From Tubiluchus corallicola (taxonomy: Eukaryota; Animalia; Priapulida), in assembly GCA_030141605.1 (NCBI GenBank), contig JAQGDQ010000898.1:1-64000 (forward strand): a stretch of DNA of 64,000 nucleotides. The letters are read 5' to 3'. The position numbers were made by a program, and so were the translations under genes. Shown here piece after piece: positions 41,235-55,930 of the stretch. The notes beneath the pieces were generated by a model that made no database searches, had not been told where the DNA came from, and saw nothing but the letters and a program-made list of their open reading frames with translations. Each line of letters starts with the position of its first letter. Within the stretch, counting starts at the first letter, position 1.

Positions 41235-41835
41235 CATTTATTTTTAGTTTAAACATAATTTATTTAGGATTGGATCAGACAGTTTGTACAGCATGATTTA
41301 GGATCCTCACCACAACAGACTTTATACACTATTTACAAGAACATTTACAGTAAGAATAGACTATAACTACACAAGCTGACAAGTTTTACTACAGTGATAC
41401 ATTAGACATTAGTAGAAAATGACGGTTAGTAAATATTAATGTACGATTATTTCAGAATGATGCATTTTATATCAGATAGAAACTACTGGAAGCGTTTAGT
41501 ACATAATATAAAGTCATGTATGCATTGGAATATTTTACAGTTAGTAACATAGTTAAATTCATCTTTACCGAATAATAACAACTTCAACATATCATTATTT
41601 CCTAAGGAAGCTATATTAAGGTTTTCGTGCAGAAGTATTTCATTTAATTTATCAAACATAACTACCTAGTTGATGCAATGGGCAGTGCAACAAAAAGTGT
41701 TCAACAGACTCAAATCGAAATCCACAGTTACAATTCGGCAATATTGGATAACAGTTATTATCTTTACAGCCTTTAGAGAAAAGGTCATAGTTTAGCTGAG
41801 AAAATCCGATTCTCATGATGATTCGTATGATGCAC
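41235..41835 (-). mobile_element. Degenerate LINE 3' fragment with CCHC knuckle
   Basis: MRIGFSQLNYDLF...CNCGFRFESVEHFLLHCPLH; A-rich tail; boundaries approximate. Confidence 0.65.
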
Positions 41836-42292
41836 TGAGATTGGAGGTTTACCAAATGAAAAATGATATGTTCAAACATGGTACTATTGTACGTGCGTGT
41901 TATTTACGTAGTTTAAAATTCTAAACACATATTACATACTTGTAGAACGCAAGTTCGTTAACACTAATGCCAAATACGAATGACCGCTAATACCTACTGA
42001 AGTGATTACTGACCTACGTCACTGGAAAGGACAAAGAAATAGCGCAAGCCACAATTTTGTTTAGCTAAATTTAAGGTGCAAGAAAAGACTCTTCATAAAT
42101 AAAACTTAAAAAATTTTTTTCGAAATTTTATATCAAGTACATGCTGTCTTATTTCATGCATAGCTTGCGGCAGCAGTAACGTTGTATAAAACTAGTCTAT
42201 TTAAACTCCCGCGATGATCATTAGGCAGCCATTTCAACTGTAGTCAACTGAAGCAACTTCAGGTAACAAGGTTTAAATTTTGCGTGCGTACG

Positions 42293-42327
<35 letters not shown>

Positions 42328-42536
42328 TGCAGTAATGTCGCTCTCAATTTGTATGCAAATCACCAAGATCACACAAATCGGAAATCGGTCAAAAGTGAAA
42401 AACAGGTTTTAGCACTCACTGGGTCTGGCACAGATCAGATTTTTCTGACGTAACAGAAAGGGAACAAACTTCAACTAAACTGTAACACAAAAATCCGTGG
42501 AAGGAGTTTACAATAACCCACATTTCATTACCCAAG

Positions 42537-42605
42537 CCCTAACCCTAACCTTAACCGTGACCTTAACCCTAATCCTAACCCTAACCCAAACCCTAAGCCT
42601 AATCC
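42537..42605. repeat. Degenerate interstitial (CCCTAA)n telomere-like tract
   Basis: About 11 imperfect CCCTAA units. Confidence 0.75.
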
Positions 42606-42723
42606 TTTGTGTGAAACAAACATAGAAAATAACAAACCACAATTTTGCCAGGTAACTCTTGGTGCAAATCAGCTAGTCGTAAAATTAAGCCACGTTCACA
42701 CGCATTATCAACGACAAACTTAC

Positions 42724-42793
42724 CTCTCCTATATGGCAATAACGGTATCCCTGGCAACATGAAACGCAGACAGTCCAGCACCAGCCTCCACAT
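42724..42793 (-). CDS. MAGI: Candidate alternative 5' exon of MAGI (MWRLVLDCLRFMLPGIPLLPYRR); frame stays open upstream to ~42963
   Basis: GC-rich island ending in consensus donor AGAG|GTAAGT, phase 1; true 5' boundary uncertain (ATG 42793 or an upstream acceptor). Confidence 0.5.
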
Positions 42794-43100
42794 GGAGCAG
42801 ACTCGGGTCACCTCCCTTGCCACTCGTGCCACTCGACGACGCGACCCCACGTCCGCAGACCCGTCTTCTGCTCCGGCCAGTCGGGCATACTTGTGCTGCC
42901 TCCTGGCGATGGAGCTCGGAGGCTGATATGCAGGGGATAGAAACCACAGTTTTGCTGGTGTTTAGAATTAAAAGATTTTCAACATGGAGACTTGGAATCG
43001 CCACACGTTTGAAGAACAATGCCAACCAGCATAAAACGTAGTTAATACTTGGCTGCTATGCTATCCGATTACAATGTATTTATGCAGAAGAGGGATCCTA

Positions 43101-45008
43101 TAGGTTTTACACGTCAAATGTAGACACAGGAAACATCAAATGTGACTTAGGTAAGTCAAATGTAGACACAGGAAAGTTCAAATGTGACTTAGGTAAGTCA
43201 AATGTAGACACAGGAAAGTTCAAATGTGACTTAGGTAAGTCAAATGTAGACATAGGAATTTCAAATGTGACTTAGGTAAGTCAAATGTAGACACAGGAAA
43301 CTTCAAATGTGACTTAGGTAAGTCAAATGTAGACACAGGAAACTTCAAATGTGACTTAGGTAAGTCAAATGTAGACATAGGAAACTTCAAATGTGACTTA
43401 CGTAAGTCAAATGTAGACACAGGAAACTTCAAATGTGACTTAGGTAAGTCAAATGTAGACACAGGAAACTTCAAATGTGACTTAGGTAAGTCAAATGTAG
43501 ACACAGGAAACTTCAAATGTGACTTAGGTAAGTCAAATGTAGACACAGGAAAGTTCAAATGTGACTTAGGTAAGTCAAATGTAGACACAGGAAACTTCAA
43601 ATGTGACTTAGGTAAGTCAAATGTAGACACAGGAAACTTCAAATGTGACTTAGGTAAGTCAAATGTAGACACAGGAAAGTTCAAATGTGACTTAGGTAAG
43701 TCAAATGTAGACACAGGAAAGTTCAAATGTGACTTAGGTAAGTCAAATGTAGACACAGGAAAGTTCAAATGTGACTTAGGTAAGTCAAATGTAGACACAG
43801 TAAACTTCAAATGTGACTTAGGTAAGTCAAATGTAGACACAGGAAAGTTCAAATGTGACTTAGGTAAGTCAAATGTAGACACAGTAAACTTCAAATGTGA
43901 CTTAGGTAAGTCAAATGTAGACACAGGAAAGTTCAAATGTGACTTAGGTAAGTCAAATGTAGACACAGGAAAGTTCAAATGTGACTTAGGTAAGTCAAAT
44001 GTAGACACAGGAAAGTTCAAATGTGACTTAGGTAAGTCAAATGTAGACACAGGAAACTTCAAATGTGACTTAGGTAAGTCAAATGTAGACACAGGAAACT
44101 TCAGGTGTGACACAGGAAATTTAGGAAGGTAGACACAGTTCAAATGTGACTTAGGTAAGTCAAATGTAGACATAGGAATTTTCAAATGTGACTTAGGTAA
44201 GTCAAATGTAGACACAGGAAACTTCAAATGTGACTTAGGTAAGTCAAATGTAGACACAGGAAACTTCAAATGTGACTTAGGTAAGTCAAATGTAGACACA
44301 GAAAACTTCAAATGTGACTTAGGTAAGTCAAATGTAGACACAGGAAACTTCAAATGTGACTTAGGTAAGTCAAATGTAGACATAGGAATTTCAAATGTGT
44401 TTTGGTAACTCACATGTGACTTAGGTAAGTCAAATGTAGATGCGGTACTTTGAATAAATCGGTAATTAAGTTATTTGAGTGCAAATTAGAAAAAAATAAA
44501 CCAAAGATAGTCATCACCTCTTTCATAACTTTGAAAAATGTGTTGTTTATCCCTTCCCAATGAACAGTGAATCACTAATTAGTTTTTTAAGTAATGCATT
44601 AGCACTGCACTAATGAATTAGTTACTCTCAAGAAACATTGTTTATTTTAGCAATGTATTGTTTACTCTAACAGTTCCAATGGTATGTAAAGTTTACAAAA
44701 TATTAGTGAACTATTAGTAGCCCTATAAAGTTGTTATTTTATCTTAAGAGCAATTATTAAATTGAAATTAAAGAAGAATAAATTTAACATCCTTAAACTT
44801 TAACATCTATCCACATTTGAGATACCAATGCCACATTTGACTTGACATGTGTCTACATTTAACTTACCAAAAGCGCTCAAGATTTGTTTAAAACCATTGT
44901 TAACATATTTGAACTACCAAAGTCTACATTTGAGTTACCAAGACACATTTGAATTACCTAAATCTACATTTGAGTTAACTCAGGTGTACATTTGACATGT
45001 AAAACCTA
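43101..45008 (+). mobile_element. TA-flanked MITE family B, copy 4, with expanded 42-bp tandem array
   Basis: TIRs at both ends; longest body; array ~43114-44440. Confidence 0.88.
43114..44440. repeat. 42-bp minisatellite, about 31 units
   Basis: Unit TTCAAATGTGACTTAGGTAAGTCAAATGTAGACACAGGAAAS, itself a dimer of TCAAATGT-containing subunits. Confidence 0.95.
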
Positions 45009-46352
45009 TAAAAGACAAAGAATGACACAGCTGCACGCAGACTATTCTGTAATGGGAAAGTACCGAAACAACTGTACTTTGAATTACAAAACGAACTTAA
45101 ATCAGTCACTGTAAACTGAAAAAGCATTCACTAATTGTATTTATAGCAATCAGGGTTTAGATATTTCTCTTAGACAAAACATGGATCATAAAACCGACAC
45201 AGTAGGCTTTCAATGTTCCTCTTGCCAACGTTACACGTGTAAAACTTCATCTACAAATTTTAATTACAGCTACGCGGAGAGTGCTGTCAACAGTCGGATC
45301 ACAATACGACGACAAAAGAACGGTGTAAACAAGGATCCACTATCGCTCGTATTCCACAGGTTACGTTCTAATGACTGCGACACATAATAAATTATGATTC
45401 GTCAGTATAAAAAAGTGTTATTTCACCCACTATAAGTTGCTATAAGTTTATGGAAAATTGCTAAAACGGTTTCAAAAAGAGAACATTCGTAGCAATTTCC
45501 AACGTGATTTTTGTCAAGAATAAGAAAATGTAATCTAGATTTGCATCTTTCTGATCCATTTTTATTCACTTCAGTTCTTTTATTTCAGGAAAAGAAGCCA
45601 TAGATAGTTATTTTATTTCAGGAAAAGAAGCCATGGATAAGACTGCAAGAGCAACACAGTTCTTTAAAAGCCCTGAAAGCATCTAAATTGGAGACTCCTC
45701 AATTTTTATCTAATTAATTACGATCACAAACCATTTGGCAGAAAAGGTAATCTTTACTACGACATGTACGCTACTGCACAGTGCCACTACTATAATATGT
45801 GCTCACCTACTTGACAAATTGTCAAAGTTTTGCCAGACAACTAAATTCGCGTCTCAATCATTAATCAAACAGGAAGTAGAAGTAGTGATTTCAAAACGTT
45901 GCTACGCGACACGATTGAACATTGAATCTGTAGACGATAGTGACAGGTTCTCAAGAGAAGTCCTAAACATCTGTGTTCCACAAGCAATTAACAATCCCAC
46001 TCAATGTCCGAACTGCTCATCTATGTGCCCAAGTGAACACTCACATTCTCAACTGAATTTCAGCAAAAATGTTATACAAGGACGGTTTCTTTTCCCCAAT
46101 TCTTTTCAGAAATGTTTGAAAAAGTTCCACATCGATGATAATTCTCCTAAAGAATGCACATGAAAATACGCCATTGCATTAGCTTTTAACGTGAGGGGGA
46201 GTGAAAGCATGATGCCCAGTCAAGGTATCTCTTTTTTCCAAGATGCCTAGGTAAACCGGAAGTAATTCTGAACGGAAAGTGCTCGAAACTAAAACGGGAA
46301 CCGCGCACAAAAATCTTCCAAAGAAAGTTCACAAAACACTTCACTCTAAGAA

Positions 46353-46550
46353 AACACGTGATCTCTTTGTTCTTGTAGAAATGATAACACGTGATCTCTT
46401 TGTTCTTTTAGAAATGATAACACGTGATCTGTTTGTTCTTTTAGAAATGATAACACGTGATCTCTTTGTTCTTTTAGAAATGATAACACGTGATCTCTTT
46501 GTTTTTTTAGAAATGATAACACGTGATCTCTTTGTTCTTTTAGAAATGAT
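46353..46550. repeat. 33-bp minisatellite, 6 units, each with CACGTG
   Basis: ACACGTGATCTCTTTGTTCTTTTAGAAATGATA repeated. Confidence 0.92.
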
Positions 46551-47140
46551 ATTCTTCGACAATGAAAATGTACTCTTCTCCACCTAAAAGAACAAGCGGG
46601 AACAAAAATGGCACTATATCCTATGAAGACGGCTGTCACTCGTTAAGATGCAACTGTCAACACAGCTTAAACGATTGCCTGCGTCGTCCTCAGCTGCTCA
46701 ATGAACTGTCGTTGTCATCATCAGACGACGCTGCACGCTTGCCGAGTCACCGACGCGCATACAGCACGACTTCGCGTAATGGTCCGTGGCCGCGCGGAAA
46801 GAAGCCAATTATTCCGAATGTCAGCGATGTTGATTACTGAGAAAAGGGCTTCAATTTTCAACGCTCAGTCGATTATATGACTCTGTTGATTTGATATTAA
46901 GCAGTGCATAGAGCACGATGATCCTATGGGGACAGTAGACCACTAAGGAAATTTGCTATCATAATCATATCAGCACGCAATCATTCAAAACCAAAACTAA
47001 CGTCACAAACTGACTGACGAAATCGGTTATTATGATCTATCACAATATTTTTTTAAATTTTCGAGGTTTTAAGGAAACATTGAGTAATGAAGAAACAAAT
47101 ATGAAAAGAACAAAAATTTCACAGCTAGTGACCCCACCTG

Positions 47141-47624
47141 CAGGGCCTATTTCAGGCTAGACGAGGCCCGGGGAAGTAGGGCATGTGAGGCCCCATGGGG
47201 GGGGGGCCGTCGCTACCATGGTTGGCGCCGAGAAAATTTTTGAACTGCTAGAACGCCGGAGAAGCATTTTCGAAGAGAAAATATGGAGTTATACAGTTGT
47301 TAAAGGAAAGAACAATTGACAGAAAAACTGCTTTATTCTCAAGACCAGTCCTTAATACTTGTCAATACTTGACCTTTTAATGATAGATGGTAGTAACGAA
47401 TTGTTTCTGGTCTGTAGGTCAAATGTGTTCTTCTGGACGTCATACTAAAGGTACTGTGAGAAAGCGGGCTGCTTTTTCGAACTACCATCGTTGTGGATGA
47501 AATGTTGGCACTGTATTTATATAGACCAAATCGTAAAATTGCTAGAAGACACAGGCGTACACCAGTGTATGAAGTATTGCAGTAAAGACCATTGTACGAT
47601 GAAAAGTGTGAGAGTGGGGAGTGA

Positions 47625-47682
<58 letters not shown>

Positions 47683-47789
47683 GCAGTATGTTCGCATAAA
47701 GCAAAAAAATGTTACCTTCGCGCGAGGCCCCCCTGGAGGGTGAGGCCCCGGGGAAGTATCCCCACTTCCCCCCCTTGAAATAGGCCCTG
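47141..47789 (+). mobile_element. hAT MITE family E with internal (GA)n, copy 1
   Basis: TIR CAGGGCCTATTTCA; 8-bp TSD CCCACCTG; extra ~250 bp before the GA tract. Confidence 0.88.
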
Positions 47790-47906
47790 CCCACCTGAAC
47801 AGAAGATTTGCGTCTTCACATGAAGTTTTGCTAAAGGCAAACATTTATTTTGACTGACCAATAATTACATTCTTCATTACAATGTTAATGCAATGGGGGT
47901 TAATAA

Positions 47907-48180
47907 GACCAGACTGCATAGTCTAGTGGTAACGTGTCTGCTTTCCGTCTGGGAGGTCGTGAGTTCAATACTGCGGCCGAATAAAACAAGAGACTTTGAG
48001 AAATGGTACCCGTCGTTGCCCTGCTTGGCGAGAAATATTTATGGTAAAAGTGGGGCAATAATAATTTCTGTTACGTAGATGTAAGTTTGTTATTTACAAT
48101 CGGTGATAAAAGCCTCATGGCCTACTTGTGCTGGCAGTTGAATTTAAAACTGACTTTAGATAAGTTTATTGTTATTATTA
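47907..48180 (+). mobile_element. tRNA-derived SINE, core resembles the Meta-SINE domain
   Basis: A box TAGTCTAGTGG, B box GAGTTCAATAC, then GACTTTGAGAAATGGTACCCGTCGTTGCCCTGCTTGGC and a TTA-rich tail; core assignment from memory. Confidence 0.6.
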
Positions 48181-48588
48181 CGTAATTAATTGCGCTTGCG
48201 AAGTACCGAAACAAAGCTACATTGAATCACTGATGAAAAGATCCAGCAAAAAAGGTTGACACATTAGGGGTGTGGAATAAACAACAGCAAAAAGCTAGCC
48301 CCTCGATAGATATACCAATCCCATTACTACGAAAATATCCAATCATTACTGATGCCAGGTCACGAAACGCCACCTCCACACGTAGAGGAGTAGTCTAAAT
48401 TATTCGAAGCTCAGTGAAGAGAAGTAATTATTATTACTCTTTTTATTATATAAATGTACATATATACAATTCCCTCTATTTGTAGGATAGTCGTTTTACA
48501 TGCGTTTACTGTTATGACATTATATTATAAAATATTTTCCTCTACAAGATTATTAGTAATGTTTCAATTAATGTTTCAAGACTATTAA

Positions 48589-48921
48589 CCCTTTCATACC
48601 CGTTGTATCCCGTGGGATACGAGAATATTTTCTGCCTTTAAAATTAATAAAATTTTAAAACTGACAGTTATTTGATCTGTTAATAGTTATTTTGATTTAA
48701 GCCAATAACAATAGACTAAAAATAGTGATAAAATGGCAAACTAGAAAATCTGCATAGCATAAAAAACTGCGCAAGGTACAGTACTTTAGAGACGACTTTG
48801 TACAGATCAGCACAGCATGCATACTAAATGTCTTAAATACTTTAAAAAATTATGAGCAGTTGCAAAATGAAGCACATTTTTTGCTTTTGTTGTGTTTTTA
48901 AAAAAGTCGGGACTGAAAGGG
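48589..48921 (-). mobile_element. TTAA MITE family A, copy 7 (short variant)
   Basis: TIRs and TTAA intact; shares the variant segment with copy 3. Confidence 0.85.
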
Positions 48922-49197
48922 TTAAGACTATATCACATAAGGTTATGTCATTTTAGATATAGATGACTCTCAGAATAGGCATTTATATATATATAAATAT
49001 ATACAAGAGGAGTAACGTAGAGAACACACGTGACTGATGGCAGGGGATGAACAACCAGAGTTTTTACTCTCACTAGAGAATCAATAACGGTTGAAGAAAG
49101 GCTTAATTTGTATTTGTACTCGGAAAGGAATAAATGCATGTCACGTAAGACTTGCAGAGGCAGTGTCAATATTTGCAGAATTACGCTGAACACGCGC

Positions 49198-49228
49198 AAA
49201 TGGCGTGACGTCACTTCCGAATCCCAAT
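49198..49228. promoter_or_regulatory. Composite YY1-like / CRE / ETS / CCAAT motif cluster
   Basis: AAATGGCG overlapping GTGACGTCACTTCCG (reverse complement CGGAAGTGACGTCAC), then CCAAT. Confidence 0.5.
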
Positions 49229-50526
49229 CCGGTTTCAGCACAGCGCGTGAAATCATTGAAGTCTGTAAAGTTTGAGAAATTACAACTTTACAAAACTGAG
49301 AGCGTGAGAGAGTGAGAACTGTTTAGCAGTTTGAAAATGTAAGTGGTCATCAGCGTGTCTCCAACATGAAAAATACATCAAAAATGTTCGAAGCCATCAT
49401 AATATCCAAGAGCCAAGATTGTCTCTAGGCACATAATAGTTATCTGCGTCTTCCATCTAGAGAAGGAACTACGCCTATAGTTGAAAAGGCAAAGAGTTGA
49501 AAGGTAAAGAAAAACATCCCAATCGGGGGTTTCAATCCAAGTTTGAGTTTAGGGCCTATTCCTCACAAGTCAGACATTCCTTCAGCTGGGTCAACTCATT
49601 GTTAAGCCTACGAGAGGTTCCATTGTTAAAGCACCTACCCTCCTGAACACACATTTGATTTCAATACCAACTGTATAACTATATTTTTCAAGACAGAAGA
49701 AACATGGTGCTTTCATTTAGAAGTTAGAATTAGCTATATCTTTTTCACACTTCGCGAGTTTTGCACCACAATCAGCTTGCAATAATAACTTAATCATAGT
49801 TCATTAGCTATGTCCTGGGAGTCCTTTGTGTATTAGCAGTCGTTCTATACTCTTATACCTAGCAGTTGTCACAACTCCTATAGCCCAGGTGTAACTTAGA
49901 TTCTTATAGACACTGGGCAGGCAGAATTCTGAAGAAAAAGAAATCTGTTCTGGACAGACGAAATCAGTTTGTGCGTTTCTTTCACATTGGGCAGTATAGT
50001 ACAGGCAATTTCGGACTTTACGCGACAATCAACATACATTAATAAATCATAATCACAAGTCATTAGTTACGTCTTAAGAGTCTTTTGTATCTTAGACAAT
50101 CCAAGATACACCTGTGGTATAAGAGTTCAGACAACAGCTTAATAAGCTAGGATCGTTTAACGACCCGAGATGAAAGTCAAAACGCGAGAATGAAGCCAAA
50201 CTGCACCGCACCACCTACAATGTATTGTCACTATAAATAGATAGATATAGTCTATTCTTTGAGGACATAGTTCACGTAAGGTTTCATACAATATAAAATT
50301 TTTAGACGCCACATAACATAAAAATTACAATAAACGTACAGTGTTTCTATACATTTTTAAAAAGCTACTGCCACAAGACATAATAAAAATGGAGGTGTTT
50401 TATGCATGGAATAATATACACAGTATTTGTAGTAGCAGTAACGCGGAATAGCCAAACGGTCATGGTCGCGAATTTGGTTATGAATTTAAACACAGGCTTG
50501 TTTAAAAGTATATCTAATCGTTCAAT

Positions 50527-51029
50527 GGTTGGTTGGCATCCTTCTGTTTCGGAAGACAATGGAGTGTGCGCCAAGAGAGTCATTGATCACATTGATGGAG
50601 CTGCAGCGTTGACTGTGGCTGAGCAGTCCGATCTTTGAACGTCTCCAGGGCGCACGCCTGTGCAAGGTGTATGGAGAACCCCCTCTCTTCCTCGCTGGTG
50701 TAGTCCAAAGGAAAGCGGAGCGATACGTTTGGCACCAGGTTGGCTGCAGGAGCTGCCGGAGTCAGTGAGCATGCTGCACTGGTCTGTCTTCGGGGCTCCA
50801 CTCCTGATTTGGAAGGTTTACTCCTCTACACATGGCCGTTGGATCACTTGACCTCCTCCGCCCTCTAGCCGTTGGCTGCCTTGTGCAGCTCCTCCGCCTA
50901 GTGTCGAGATACAGTGTGGGCATCCCGCAAGCCTACAGCACCTGGTATTCCTAGGCGGTCACCCATCCAAGTACTAACCAGGCTCTACGTTGCTTAACTT
51001 CGGTGATCAGACTGTAGTGTTCATACTGA
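50527..51029 (-). mobile_element. 5S rRNA-headed SINE (SINE3-like) with RTE-derived tail
   Basis: 50929-51012 matches the 3' two-thirds of 5S rRNA (box A to box C); tail encodes IGLLSHSQRC...IVFRNRRMPT, ends (CCAA)n; 12-bp TSD TAATCGTTCAAT. Confidence 0.8.
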
Positions 51030-51207
51030 TAATCGTTCAATACTGTAGTGTTTTAAAGGACAAGAAAGCAGAATTCTTACATGCAGCTAAAAAAGTTCGT
51101 CTTGAAATTTTTCGTCATTCACTGTATACTGTGCGCAGAGCTTGTAGTATCAGTAACGCGGTACAAATCTGGTCATATTAAACTCCTTCACTGGCAGCCA
51201 GTCTCAG

Positions 51208-54185
<2,978 letters not shown>

Positions 54186-54426
54186 AGTCTCAGCCCTTTT
54201 TTTAGAAGATTCAGAACATCGTGCAAAGATCGAAAAATAATCGGAGCATTCTTGAGAGCCCCGTATGTTGGGAAAGTGAAAAATTGGGCGCCTTTATTTG
54301 GTCGGCGCAGTGCAAAAGTAGGCCTATAGAACTTCTTAGCAAAATGTCAGCCTCCTTTGATAAATGATAAAAGCTATGGTGTGTGATAACTTTCAAAGAT
54401 AAATGCGACAACGACAACACCAACGA

Positions 54427-54477
<51 letters not shown>

Positions 54478-54526
54478 TACTCTGTCCAGAACAGATTTCT
54501 TTTACTTCAGAATTCTGCCTGCCCAG

Positions 54527-54792
54527 TAGGGGTGAGCATTCTCTACCAGAAAGCGAATTCGAATCGAACCGAATTTCAGTGTTTCGAATTCGAATTAAGT
54601 AAATTACGCTAATTGCATGATGTTTCAATCGCTTTAGTGATAAAGAACATATGTGATTGAAGTGCTGAATTATTCGAATCTATAGTTTTGGATTCGAATC
54701 GAGTTCGAACTAAAAAAAACTCGTTCGAATCGAATTCGAGCGTTCGAATTCGATTCGAATGTTCGAACTCGAACGTTCGATGCTCACCCCTA
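54527..54792. mobile_element. hAT-type MITE rich in TTCGAA/GAATTC palindromes
   Basis: TIR TAGGGGTGAGCAT; 8-bp TSD CTGCCCAG; empty-site paralog at 49904-49958. Confidence 0.85.
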
Positions 54793-55395
54793 CTGCCCAG
54801 TGTTTATAAAGCTGGTTAGATGGGGTTATGAATACAAATAGACACCAAGTCATAAACGTTCTCACAGCTTCAGCCAAACAAAGTAATAACAACGTACATT
54901 TCAGAAACTCATTCCAACTTTAACAACTCTGACTATGAACACTATGAACAAGCGACCCGACAAAGGGGAAAGACATTCAACATTCTGCGAAAATTGCGAA
55001 ATTTTGCCGCAAAAGTGAAAGACAGAAAAATGAGAAATGGCTTTTACTAAAACCACCATTCACACAGACAAGGATTATTGCCTTTCAGATCTGATAACAG
55101 GGCAAGAATAAGGAAAATTCAATAAATAATCTTTTAACCCAGAAAATTTATTTTATTTATTAAACCCTTATTGAACGAATTGTATAATAATATATTTATT
55201 ATTATTTTATTATTTATTTCAGCTACGTAGAGACAGTCTTAAGCCATAAAAATTCAGTAATCATAAAAAAACTATTTATAAAAACATTAACTTACAATTT
55301 ACGTAAAAATAAGAAGAGAAATCAGTTAAAATATATACAAAAGTGAGATAAACAAAAAGTACCTTATAATATAAGGATCATTTTAAATTACACGA

Positions 55396-55500
55396 GTATA
55401 TATTTTTAAATGGTGACGTATGTATATATTTTTAAATGGTGACGTATGTATATATTTTTAAATGGTGACGTATGTATATATTTTTAAATGGTGACGTATG
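55396..55500. repeat. 26-bp minisatellite, 4 units
   Basis: GTATATATTTTTAAATGGTGACGTAT repeated. Confidence 0.88.
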
Positions 55501-55885
55501 TTAACACAATCACAAATGCCCAAGGCTTTAAGCTGTAGAAAAATGTTGTTTAATTGTGAGGTGGTAAATTTTTTATCGTTCACATATAATTGTTAACAGA
55601 GCACGAAATTAGCTCGATGTATAAAAAAATCAACACTCATTACAATTTACAGGATGCATAATGTTCAACACAGCAATTATGTAGTTCACTGAAGTAATGT
55701 TCAACGTGCATATGGTTTATCTATTAACTAACGATATTATTCAGCGTTACCAAACTTAACTGCTACACCTAATGACGTTTAACAAAATATTTAACACATT
55801 AGTTAACTTTTAACAATACAAATAGTTCACCCAGAAGTAAACAGCTACGGCGGAATGGTACGCGAAACTGCCCGTAGCCGCACAA

Positions 55886-55930
55886 TCACCCACCCACTTA
55901 CTGACGAGGCTCGGCATTGCTTAACCTAGG
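55886..55930 (-). pseudogene. Degenerate 5S-like fragment
   Basis: TCACCCACCCACTTACTGACGAGGCTCGGCATTGCTTAAC aligns by eye with the 5S segment at 50959-50998. Confidence 0.45.

Noticed and set aside
41876-41900. HARTIVPC as the missing MAGI exon ending ...RTVP|C
   Set aside because: In-frame stop immediately upstream, no DLR.YL..RF motif, poor donor
42537-42605. Telomere or fusion site
   Set aside because: Short, degenerate and one orientation only; similar units occur within the small element at 4225-4415
43220-44413. 397-aa repeat ORF or CRISPR-like array
   Set aside because: Head-to-tail 42-bp units with no unique spacers, inside a MITE, eukaryotic context, no cas genes
45735-46163. 142-aa ORF with CxxC
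   Set aside because: TTG start, no recognisable domain or convincing splice sites
46562-46840. CpG-rich patch as a coding exon
   Set aside because: All minus-strand frames hit stops and no donor was found; may be regulatory but unsupported
50929-51012. Functional 5S rRNA gene
   Set aside because: First ~36 nt missing, no oligo-T terminator, embedded in a TSD-flanked element
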